From Podarcis pityusensis (taxonomy: Eukaryota): a stretch of DNA of 64,000 nucleotides. Within the stretch, counting starts at the first letter, position 1, and each line of letters starts with the position of its first letter. This document shows, piece after piece, positions 1-12,244 of this stretch. Under the pieces are notes generated by a model. It did no database searches. It was not told where the DNA came from and saw nothing but the letters and a program-made list of their open reading frames with translations. Location of the stretch: the NCBI GenBank assembly GCA_964106645.2, contig OZ067043.1. One strand, written 5' to 3'. Position numbers and translations under genes: made by a program.

Positions 1-108
1 TTCTTCATAATGCTTGGAAGGTGTCCAGTTCTCATCCCAGATTTCGTCGCACATATATACTGGCTCGAGGAGCGGCATCTCAGAGCCTGAGCGTGAGCCT
101 GCTGTACC
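1..108 (-). CDS. TDRD5: TDRD5 exon B' (duplicate copy 2, truncated by window edge)
   Basis: ttttctag/[36 protein letters not shown]; in-frame 12-nt insertion versus copy 1. Confidence 0.75.
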
Positions 109-3100
109 CTAGAAAACGATTCAGGGCCAAGTTACAGTACCGTCAACTTTTTAAAGGAATGTTTTTACGTAATTCAATGCACTTTGTTTTAAACAATTCA
201 CTTGCTGATACAACAAAACTGTCTGCTAGAAGGAAAAGAGAGGGGTAGCAAGGTGGCCAGCCAGTCCTTTTAAAGGAACCCACCCCAAACTTTTCACAAG
301 AATCTCACCGGGCCACATGAGATGCTGTAGGACTCCCAAGAGCTACTCTCCTCCTCGCCGGCAATATTGGCCACCTCACTACCCCACAAAACAGCTGCCG
401 GCTTCAAGAGGCTTGTTTAACACCTCCACCACACACCCCTTTAAACTGCAGTGCAGTTTAAGTTACATGTTAGTGGGATTAGATTGTCCCAATAAAATCT
501 TTGTTTAAACAAATAAACAAATGGAAGGTATTTGTTGAGGTCTCCAAATGAAACTAGTATGGTATCTTAGATCAAAGTGATTCCATTACCCATATTATGT
601 TCTAATGGGTCTTGGAGAAGCTCTCCCTGTTAACTTTGCTCATGTATTTATTTTAACTGCTTGGATATACTTCACTAGATGCAACATCAATGCTTATTTA
701 AACAGAAAAACTCAAAAATCTCCACCTGGGAAAGCACTTCATTGTAGCAAGACCCTGAATCTGGTACTTCTGGAAGGTCACAAAGAGATTCCTGCGTAAG
801 CAAGGGCGTTTCTGCTTTTGTCAAACCAGACTGCTGCTCCGGTCCGGGTTTCAGATACAATGTGGAAAAGAATGGCTCTCTGAAATTCTGTTAAAGGCAG
901 GAGAATGAAGAATATTATTTATTTAATAAATTTGTATACAGTTTAAAGAAAAACTCTTACCAAAGTAGTTTACAAGTCATTTGCCAATGCAACGTTAAGA
1001 TAATATGAAACCAAAAACTCATACGCAGTACAGTATTTCAAAACATTACTAAAAGTCCAGAGGATCAACACTACTACCAGCTCGATACTGAAACCTAGAA
1101 CAAGCAAACCAGGGTTTACAGGTGCTTGTTTGCTCTCATTTTCTATCTTCTTACAACTTTGGCTGCTAGAATCAATGGTAACTGAGTCCTTGTTTTTTCT
1201 ACGTAGCATGCCTCTCCCAACAATCTAGATCTACTGTGTATTTTCTCCCCCTGAAAAGCACTTCCTGAGAAACAGGTTATATTACAAAAATAAAAGTTTG
1301 TTGCAGATGGATTATGCATTATCTCACAGTGTTTCCTTTTGAAAAAAGATGTAGGCAACCCTATTATGTACCCACACTTGCCCAATAACTGTGTGGGTTA
1401 TACCAAAATCACAATTGCCACTTCTTTATTTCTTTATCTGGGGCATGTGCAGGAAGGAAAAGGCATGGCTGGGTTCAAATGCCTATCAAGTAATCACACC
1501 TAACCTTGTGGATGGCAGGATCTAGAATCAATCTAGACTGAAAGCAGCATACTGAAGACACACACGAGCAATTTGGGGTCCAGAAGAACTTTCTCTGGTA
1601 AGTACAATGGGAGTGGCAAGGAAGGGCTTTATCCTCCCTAAAACTGGCATCTAACTATAGCCATTCAATCAACCTACATCAGTGATGGGACTGCATCAAC
1701 TCACCTAAGGCCAGCAACTTTTAAATTCTTTCCATTCCAGCTGGTCTTTGTAAGCAGTCTAGGAATAGCTGGTGTCTGAATTTTCTTTTTTCCCTCCTCC
1801 CCACCAAATCCATTCCGTTTTCTGTTGTGTCTTTTATATTATAAACCCAACGGCAGGGCCACTTTGAAAGTCATTTAATCTGAAGGGAAAGGGGTTACAA
1901 CTCTCTAAATTTTGCCTGTCCAACTGGGTTGATCGTGGGCTGTCCCAGCTCACGTGATGGTCCAAAAAAACCCCCTCAACAACTCTTGATCTCTGCCCCT
2001 AAATCTTTTTATTATCTTTTTAATAAATAAATCTATTGTGCTGGAGAGCATTGCCTCTGGTCTCAGACTTTGGGATAATAAAAGGGCTAGAAAGACATAG
2101 CTAAGGGATACGAAAAGGCTTTGCAACTTCACCAACAACCCATCTGACCATTTCCCTCCCATCAACACTGAACAACCACCACCTGTTGTGTCAATTCCTG
2201 GTTGTGCTGAGTCTCCTCCTTATACCCTTCATCACTCGAAGAATGGCGAGGAAACACAGCGTTGTCAGGGGACAAAGTATCACCATTTTTCTCTTCTTCA
2301 AAATGCTTGGAAGATGTCCAGTTCTCATCCCAGATTTCGTCGCACATATATACTGGCTCGAGGAGTGGCATCTCAGGGTCTGCTGTACTCTAGAAAACAA
2401 TTCGGGGCCAAGTTACAGTACCATCAACTTTTAAAAGGAAAATTTTTAATTCAACGTCCTTTGTTTTAAACAATTCACTCGCTGATAAAACAAAACTGTC
2501 TGCTAGAAGGAAAAGAGAGGGGTAGCAAGGTGGCCAGCCAGTCCTTTTAAAGGTACCCACCCCCATCTTTTCACAAGAATCTCACCGGGCCACATGAGAT
2601 GCTGTAGGACTCCCAAGAGGTACTCACCTCCTCAACGGCAATATTGGCCACCTCACTACCCCACAAAACAGCTGCCGGCTTCAAGAGGCTTGTTTAACAC
2701 CTCCACCACACACCCCTTTAAACTGCAGTGCAGTTTAAGTTACATGTTAGTGGGATTAGATTGTCCCAATAAAATCTTTGTTTAAACAAATAAACAAATG
2801 GAAGGTATTTGTTGAGGTCTCCAAATGAAACTAGTATGGTATCTTAGATCAAAGTGATTCCATTACCCATATTATGTTCTAATGGGTCTTGGAGAAGCTC
2901 TCCCTGTTAACTTTGCTCATGTATTTATTTTAACTGCTTGGATATACTTCACTAGATGCAACATCAATGCTTATTTAAACAGAAAAACTCAAAAATCTCC
3001 ACCTGGGAAAGCACTTCATTGTAGCAAGACCCTGAATCTGGTACTTCTGGAAGGTCACAAAGAGATTCCTGCGTAAGCAAGGGCGTTTCTGCTTTTGTCA

Positions 3101-6100
3101 AACCAGACTGCTGCTCCGGTCCGGGTTTCAGATACAATGTGGAAAAGAATGGCTCTCTGAAATTCTGTTAAAGGCAGGAGAATGAAGAATATTATTTATT
3201 TAATAAATTTGTATACAGTTTAAAGAAAAACTCTTACCAAAGTAGTTTACAAGTCATTTGCCAATGCAACGTTAAGATAATATGAAACCAAAAATGCAGG
3301 AATAGGAGATGAATTTTTAAAATCATCAGAAGGGATTGATGGAAGTCATAGGCTAACTATAGCCACAAATGTATAAGATGGGGTGGGATGGTTGTTTTGT
3401 CTGGAAAGTATGTTAAAACCAATAAAAAAATATTTTAAAAAGAAAAGAAGGAATAGTTCCAACCAAGGAGGACTGGTAGATAAAACTGATGGAATATGCA
3501 GAGACAGCCAAACTTACAGGAAGAAATCAGGAAGAGAAAAAAAACTAATAAAGATTGGGGTGCATTTACTGACTATTTAAAAAGTTATTGTAAACAACTT
3601 AAAGCTTTAGCAGGGTTAACTTAAAACGAACAGTAAAGAATATGTGAAGAAAGTTTACAGGAAACAAACAATTGAGGCATTTTGTAGATATGCAGAAGAA
3701 AAGATAAACCGAAGGAACCATGAATGGGGTGGGGGGAAAGTTGATTTGTTCTTATTTTGGGGTTTGTTGATTTTTATGCATTGTTGCAAAATGAAAAATG
3801 ATAAATAAAATTCATTTTTTAAAAAGATTTAACAACCTGGAAATTAACTAAAAATAACTAGGGTTTTTTTTAAAAAATATATAATAATGCAACTGAATTA
3901 AATATAATAATAATCATGTGGGCTTTTTCTGGGTCACTGATTTTTAACATACTTATAATCATCAAACTATGTTTCCACATGCTTTCACATGGTGCTCTCT
4001 TAGAAAAAAAGCATGCCATGTCATTCTTTTTATCATCCTTCCACAGACTTAACATTTTTTGGTTTGGTTTAGTTAGCACTAAGAACACTTGGGACATCCC
4101 CATCCCCCCTCAGTTTTCAATGGGTCATCACCACAAATCAGTTTAAGAACCTCATGGCCTTAAGAGATACTTATCCATTTTAACCTTCCCTTAGTGCCTC
4201 CGGCAAATATTTGCCCTCACCTTGGAAGGAAGGTTTTCTCTGCAGATGAATGCATGGCCCTTTAATCTCAGTGCATTGTGCAAGTAGACATCCTCGTCAG
4301 AGCTGGTGTCACAGAGGAAGAGGTAAAGGATTCCATCTATGTATTCATCCACGACTCCCACAAGCAGCTTCAGCTCACACAACCTTTGGAATTCATGTAT
4401 GTCACTGGCAGTCCAATTGTCCTTGATAAAGAAAGGATAAGGTACAAAGTCAAGCAGAGTTGAAAAAATAATTTCATTGGCTCTGCACATCAGATTCTAT
4501 CTAATTAGTCTTAATACATTCCAGCTGCTTTTTGTGTTCTCCTTTTGTATCTCGATTCCCCCCCCCCTAAAATAGCGCTTCAAATCTTATTTATCTTTAC
4601 TTTCCAAAACACATTTTTCTTATTCACTTATTCTTTGAGCTATTCCACCTTCTGAACTTTAAAATTCTGATGTTATCATTGCTCTTAATCCTTCATGACT
4701 CTTCTTCCGCCCTAACATCTTGTGATATACAGATATAACTGACAAGTATACCCTTGGTTGCTCCTTTCACTCCAAATAATATGCAACAAGATAGTTCAGT
4801 TGATTAGAGCATGCTGATAATGCAAAGGTTGCAGGTTCGATTCCCATGTGGGAAAGCTGCATATTCCTGCATTGCAGGGGGTTGTACTAGAATCCTGAGG
4901 GTCCCTTCAAACTCTATGATTCACTCATCCACTAGATGTAGGGCATGAAGAGAAGCAGTCTCAGCAAATACCTAACCGTTATGAGATTTCCTTAAGTATT
5001 TGCCAAAGCTTGTGCACTTTTTGGATGCAACATAAAAATGCTACAACATTGGTAAAAAATGTGCAGTAAACAAATGAACACATACGTTAAAGTTTAAAAC
5101 AAGAACAGAAAACAAAAGCCAGCTTATTTTTAAGTTGTTCCCAAACATCTAGGGTAAGGTTAGTTGAAAAAATAATACATATATACATACCTCTGTAGGT
5201 CTCACCCAAGCTAAGGAACAAGGGATTGCTTGAGCAGGAAGCTTTGCATAACAAGACCTGCAACAAGAACAAGGTAATTCAAAGGGCCACTTTTGACTTG
5301 CTGCCCCAAGCCAAGTAGTCTTGCATCAAACTGGATAATGAACAAAGCGTTGACATTTGGCATTTCCCACGAAAGAAAGTAAGCAAGACTGAGTCCACAC
5401 AAAGGTGGATTTGATTTAAATCACGATTTAAATCACTAGTCAGTAAGACTTGATTTAACTCACTTTCTTTACAGAAAGACTCATTCTTGCTGGTATCATC
5501 TTAATATTTACAACTAGAGGAAGGTTTCATTTTTTGTGTGATAAATTTTCAGAGTAGTTTTTACAGTTATATCAAAAATTACTGATTTGGTTATACTATT
5601 AGAAGTACATAGATAATTATGAAATTATTGTGTGGGTTAATAAGTTAACTGTTTATATTTGGACTTTTTAAACAATTTAGTTAACTAAAACAATAACATT
5701 ATAGCATATGTATCTATGTTTGTAAACTGATGTGGTTAAACAATTTTTTAAAAACTTAAAACTTAAAACAAATCCTTATTTCCTGATGAATAGCCTTTGG
5801 ACTATACAGGGGTCAGCAAACTTTTTCAGCAGGGGACCGGTCCACTGTCCCTCAGACCTTGTGGGGGGCAGGACTATATTTTGGAAGGAAAAAAAATGAA
5901 CGAATTTCTATGCCCACAAATAGCCCCGAGATGCATTTTAAATAAAAGCACACATTCCACTCATGTAAAAACACACTGATTCCCGGAACATCCACGGGCT
6001 GGATTTAGTAGGCAATTGGGCCGGATTCGGCCCCCGGGCCTTAGTTTGCCTATTTAGCAGAAGTGGATTTTCACCCACTTATGCTAAATAGCAAGAGTCA

Positions 6101-9100
6101 TTTTGCACTGTACTGTCTGTGTTCCCAAACGTTATTTTACTGCCTATGACAGAGGGCAAGTCAGTTTTGAAAGAACTTTGGATTTTAGGTGTGAGATGAC
6201 AAGATGTGGGAACTGATACGTAAGTGCTACCTTTGAAATCAGCCTTGGATGGTGTGGGTATGTGAGGTGGGGGCAGGCAGACAGGGAGACAGAGAAAGTG
6301 AAAAGAATGTTGAGTGAATGGACTTGTGTGTGAGAGGAAGGAAGGGTGCGTGGGATTTGCGTATGAGAGCATAAGAGTCATCTCTGCTGAATGAGGTCAA
6401 TGACCCATCTAATGAGCATCCTGTTCTTGCAGTGGCCACCTAGAAGCTTTTGGGAAGTCTGCAAGCAGGACCGGAGTGCAGCAACTCATATCCAGGAACA
6501 GACTGCCTCTGAAAGTGGAGGTAGAACATAATCTTATCCTCCATTAATTTTTCTGAGAGCAAGAGTAGAAAAGAAAGAGGTCTCACCATTCACCAGTTCT
6601 CAGCCGATAAGCATTCCCTGCCTAGCACACGATTTACTTACTTCAGAAACCTCAGCGAGGATTTCTGGGCAGTCCTCGTACTTCCGAAGTCCGGGTAAAA
6701 CACTTCCACTTCCTGGTCATTGAGCACTCGATGAATGATAACTCTGTACCACCATTTGTCTTCCGAATTTTTTATACAACAAAGCTGACCAGGACTGATT
6801 GAGGCTTCGGGCATGATGTATCGGTCAGCTACATGTTTACTAGAATAGCATCGTCTGAAATACAGGATCCAAGTGGGTCACTAACAGTACAATCCTATGG
6901 CTAAGTAGCAGACATTTGAAGTCTTAAAAAACTTTTGAGTCTCAGATATCCCTATACCATTATTAATCTGCATTGAGATCTGCAAGAGAAGTCATCCCTG
7001 TGGTCCTGTTGATGGGACAAGTACACCATGCAGTGACCACAGATAGGGTCTTATCTGTGGTGGCTATAGAACTACAACTGGCATAGAAGCAGATCCAGGA
7101 GCAGATGACAGGGTGGGGACATTTGTGCTTTGCAGGGGTTGGACTAAATTATTATTATTTCTTATTTATACCCCCTCATCTGGCTGGGTTTCCCCAGCCA
7201 CTCTGGGCGGCTCCCAACCGAATGTTAAAAACACAATACAGCATTAAACATTAAAAACTTCCCTAAACAGGGCTGCCTTCAGGTGTCTTTTAAAAGTAAG
7301 ATAGTTGCTTATTTCCTTGACATCTGATGGGAGGGTGTTCCACAGGGCAGGCGCCACTACCAAGAAGGCCCTTTGCCTGGTTCCCTGTAACTTCACTTCT
7401 TGCAAAGAGGGAACCACCAGAAGGCCCTCGGCGTTGGACCTCAGTGTCCGGGCTGAATGATGGTAGGTGGAAATGCTCCTTCAGGTATACAGGACCGAGG
7501 CCATTTAGGTCAGCACCTCCTTCTTCTTCCTCTACAATTTCATGATTCTATGATTCATCTGATGTTCAGTTGCTTGTGTCACTGTTGACTCTGGTGGATA
7601 GGTAAAGGGGCAAGGAGGCTGTAGTGAAAACACTAGTGTGTTTGCACTGCACTGACTTTGTCCCTCCTCTTCCCTGCCTGAGTGTGCAGAGCAATGAGGA
7701 CAACTGGAGGACAGGTGAACACTGCTGACTCTCCCTCTGATTACATAGACTGCTTGGGTGGCAGCTGAAAAATGCAGCTGTTCACCCAGGCTTTTGTAGG
7801 AGATTGACAAGATGGCACCAACCCAAAGAGATATGGGAAGTTTCATTGGTTGGATGCATTAAACATCTACTAAAACCCCATTTGTTTGTTCAGACCTATT
7901 TTGATGTTTAGAAGGGTTTTCTGCTCGGTTGATTATCGTGCTGCTTCAATAAAATAAAATACGAGAACCATGCACACTGAAATGTATACATCAAAGAATA
8001 CCCTTCCCAAGAAACAGGGTAAAGTTTTTGCACATGAGTTTCGACAGACCACAAGAACACCCAATACCAAACTGGGTTCTCTTTTCTCCCTGCAATCCTA
8101 GCTCATATACAACGAAAAGCCCAGACCGAAATGGGTAAGTTCCCCCTCACCTCATTTCCAACATCATGTTTTCTAACTTCACTGACGTTTCTGCACTGTA
8201 GATTCGGACATAGAATTGCGAAGGAGAGACAATGTATTCCACAAATAGTCCCACTAAAGCACTGGTGTCCAGCTGGGGAAGGCTGTAAAGGCTTCTGTCC
8301 TGGACGGCATCTGGCGGGATTTCATTTTCCATGATCTCTTGAATAATGTGAGTATCCTCTATACCCAGGTGCTGCAAACATAAGGAAAGTAAAAGAAAGT
8401 CATTCTGATCCAAGCAGTACAACAGATTCATCCGGGACACTCAAGAGATTTCCAGGGCTGGAAAATCCCAAGTACTTGACTACACGGGAATCCAAAACGC
8501 TTTCCTAGTCTTCCAAGTCTCCATCCCAACAGCAATGAGTCTGGATGCCCTAACATGCAACATAAAGTGCCACACAGACAGCCCTAACTCCATTACATCC
8601 CTTCCTGATTTTCCATACCCTCAGTGAATAATTCCTCTATGACATGGTTCTGCTGAAACATCAAAGCCTCTCTCGCTCACATTTTCCTCACTTACTTATG
8701 TGTTTACATACTTATATTCCATTTCCCCAGGCAAAAACACTGCGCAGCTTGGGATATCACTGAACTAATATAAACACAATGTAAATAAACATTCTTAATA
8801 CAATTTTAAAATGCAAACCAGAGAGATTTTTGAAAAACAAAGGTAGGAGAGACAGAGGTAGGGAAAAATCCTAATTGTGGGGGTGGGGCTATGGCTGAAT
8901 ACAGCCTGGAAACTTCTGTTACTTCAGAATTTGGTTGAGAGAAAGCTAACTGAGATTTTATGAAATTAGTGTATCACACCAATGCTTTGTCGTCTTCACT
9001 GGCTCCCAGACTATTCCCAGACCCAATTTGAGGTGTTGAACCTTTAAGGACCAGTTTGGACCAGGGTACCTGAACCACATGCCTACCAACCTACATCTAG

Positions 9101-12100
9101 AGATCTTCTCAGAAGTCCTACTCCAAATGAGATGTGGCAGTTGGCTACATCTCAGTGGCAGCGCTCACTGTAGAATTATCTTCCCAAGGAACTTCACCTG
9201 AAACCTACTGACAAAATGTGCATTCTTAAACTATATTATACTTTTGGTTTTTAATTTTAATTTTTTGTTCTTGTTGTGAGTTGCCTTGAGCACTTAAATT
9301 GCAGGTTGGCTTGCAAAACTCTGTTAGCAAGTAATAATTAAATAAACAAAGCTAATATATTAAACAATAAGGCACATTTTAATATCACTGGTTAAAGGAA
9401 AGCCTTAAATCTAATTTTGGTAACAAGTTAATAAATATTTTGACAGAATATGTACAACTTGCAGACTTATATAGAATAAGAGAATAAGAAGAGCACACGT
9501 TTAAAGAAGATGGAAAAAGTTTATTGAATATATGGGAAATAATTGTGTACAGCTGAAAATGCTGGCAGCATTAAGATAAATTAAACAATGTAAATGTTGA
9601 TGGATGCAATAATGGAATACTGAAAGGTATAGCTTTTGTAAAATATGCAGGGATTTATGATGTGTAAAATGAACCAGGGAAAGGGAAGAAGTCACGTCAC
9701 TGATATCTTAAGGATGTAAAATGAGTATGTTAAACTGTAAAACAGAAAAATTAATAAAAATTATACACAAAAACAACTGATTTTAAAAAAAAAATACAAT
9801 CCACTGTTAGTCGTCTCTTGATATCTATCCAACTGTTGTAAAACATGACGCTACATGTTAACCATGATACCACGGCAATGTCAGCCTACCGGTGTCGTCA
9901 TCTTCGTTACTACACTAAGTTTCACATCTGGAGCCTTAGATTCCTCCAGAGGAAAATTCCAGCTGAGCAGCTCATGCACATCTGGCGTCTCTTCATGTGC
10001 TAAAGAGTCAGGCTGGGCAATCTTATCACTTGCATGCTCATCTATAGGAACAACAGATACTTATGTTTAGAAGGCAAACACACAACCTTCATTTTAAAAA
10101 GTCTGAATTGGCAGTTCCCAAAGTTCAAGCCCAAAGGAGGAAGTTTGCATTCAAGAATCATACATCACAGAGGCAAGGCCAAAGCCGTTTCCAAGCTTGG
10201 GAGGAGAGGGGGTTGCGGGCTAACCCCTGCCACACACGCGGGGGCTGGCTTATTGCCCCCGTGAGATCCAGGGAATCCCCGGGCGTGTCGTCGACCCGGA
10301 CCTGCCAATCGGTGGGCTGGGGAGGCATGGCCTAGCCTACTTAAGGCCAGGCACGCCCGGGGACCGCCCTCTTTCCCCTTTCCAGCTGAGCGGTTTATGT
10401 TTAGTTTATGTATAGTTTATGTATAGTTATATGTTTTAAGGAAACATAGTTCATCTGCCATTTTCACACCTGGGAAAAACCAACCAGTGTCCAGTTGGAA
10501 TAGGCTCCCATTCTGAATCAGGGCAGGGTCCTGACCTGCTTTTCTGCTCAAAATTTCCCCTACTTGGCTGCTATTCCCCCCCCCCCAAAAAAGGTGTTGT
10601 TAAATTCAAAAATAAAAGTAGTCTATTAAGCATGCATGCTTAATGCATCTTCACACATCACAGAAAATTAGGAAGGACCTAAGACAGGCATAGACAAATT
10701 TGGCCCTCCAAATGTTTTGAGACTACCATCCCTGAGCACTGGTCCTGTTAGCTAGGGATGATGGGAGTTGTAGTCCCAAAACATCTGGAGGGGCTAGTTT
10801 GCGTATGCCTGATCTAAGAATAAGAATAATAATAATAATAATAAATTTTATTTATATCCCGCCCTCCCCAGCCGAAGCCGGGCTCAGGGCGGCTAACAAC
10901 AATCAAATAATCAAAAAATCAAATAATCACACAATCTAAAAATATTTCATTATAAAAATTAATTAAATCAAATTGATGGCAACCAATTAAGCAAAGTTCT
11001 GTGCAGGTTGCCAGAGGAGGGAGTCAGGCTGCGCCCTGATCAAAGGCCTGGCGGAACAACTCTGTCTTGCAGGCCCTGCGGAAAGATGTCAAGTCCCGCA
11101 GGGCCCTAGTCTCTTGTGACAGAAGAGGGAGGGAGGCATCTGAAGACCATCTCAGAGCCTGTTCAGCTGGACATTCCCTCGACCTGTGAAAAGAGCCTTG
11201 ATACAAACATAGGAAGCTGCCATATACTGAGTCCATCTACTTGGTCCATCTTGCTCAGTACTGCAACTGACTGTGGTTCTCTAGGATTTGGGGGGGGGGG
11301 GGGGCTTTCCCAACCCTACCTGGAGATGCCAGAGACTGATCCTGGGACCTTCTACTTGCAAGACAGATGCTCTACCACTGAGCTATAGCCCTTCTCTGCT
11401 TTGATAAATTTGATATGTTGATATTGTTTAGCGCAATTTGTAAAAATATAGTTTAATGTTTCTTCGGATCCACCTTGGAAGGATCTGTAAGCTGGAAAGT
11501 GAAACAAGGTGCAATCTGCCAGCCTTTCTGAGGGCTAAAATTACAAGCTGCAAGCATGGTTCACCTTTGTTTCACCCCTGCCAAATATTCTGGAGCAGAC
11601 CATCCCACTTATAAGGACGCTATTATCCTGCGCACACTCAGCCAAGGCGGACAAACGGCTGGTGGTTTAATTCCTTTTTGACAAAAGCATGCACTTACAG
11701 CAGCTCCTAGGGGGGCACAGAATGCACACACACCACAACTTCTGCCCTCTACATAGCTGGCATCAACTTTTTCAGGCTTGTGCCCCAGTTGAACAACTGG
11801 CACATTAGTGGGACACCCCCCCCCCAGCTTAAGCACCCTCATCAGACAAGAGTGCACACAAGCAACTGGCGACTTCCTGGTGAGGCGATAGCCTGGGTAA
11901 TGAGCCATTAAGGGAAGCAAAGGAAGGGGCTCTGTACCATACAGCAAATGGGTGGAGGCCTCTTCCTCAACTCGTGGGTAGTTGGAAGGACAAAGGCAGA
12001 GTGGAGAGTGTTAAGTGATGTGAGATAGAAGCTAGAAGGTGAAAAGCAACAGGCTAGGAAGCCAGAGTCAGAGCGATGTTTGATTTCTGTTCGAATCTAA

Positions 12101-12205
12101 GGCTGCAGCTTTGGAAGAAGCAAAAGCTCATTGGGGTGTTAATGCTGTGAATCCTGCCATCCTAGACTCATTTTGTATATATGTGTAAATAAATCACATA
12201 TTATA

Positions 12206-12244
<39 letters not shown>

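Larger units (their letters stand above)
1..3294. repeat. Intragenic tandem duplication, unit ~2277 bp (1-1017 matches 2294-3294)
   Basis: Direct sequence identity at offset 2277; duplicated ORFs 317/2594 and 605/2882 in the ORF track. Confidence 0.95.

Noticed and set aside
317-799. Duplicated plus-strand ORFs (317-508, 605-799 and copies at 2594, 2882)
   Set aside because: Chance ORFs copied by the duplication; the real coding is on the minus strand
4788-4860. tRNA gene
   Set aside because: A/B boxes are present but the cloverleaf is degenerate and runs into a CR1-like tail, so it is a SINE head
10186-10400. GC-rich patch, possibly a DIRS/LTR fragment or internal promoter
   Set aside because: No termini, TSD or coding motif that could be verified
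11608-12200. Possible solo LTR
   Set aside because: LTR-like composition and AATAAA, but no clear TG...CA termini or TSD
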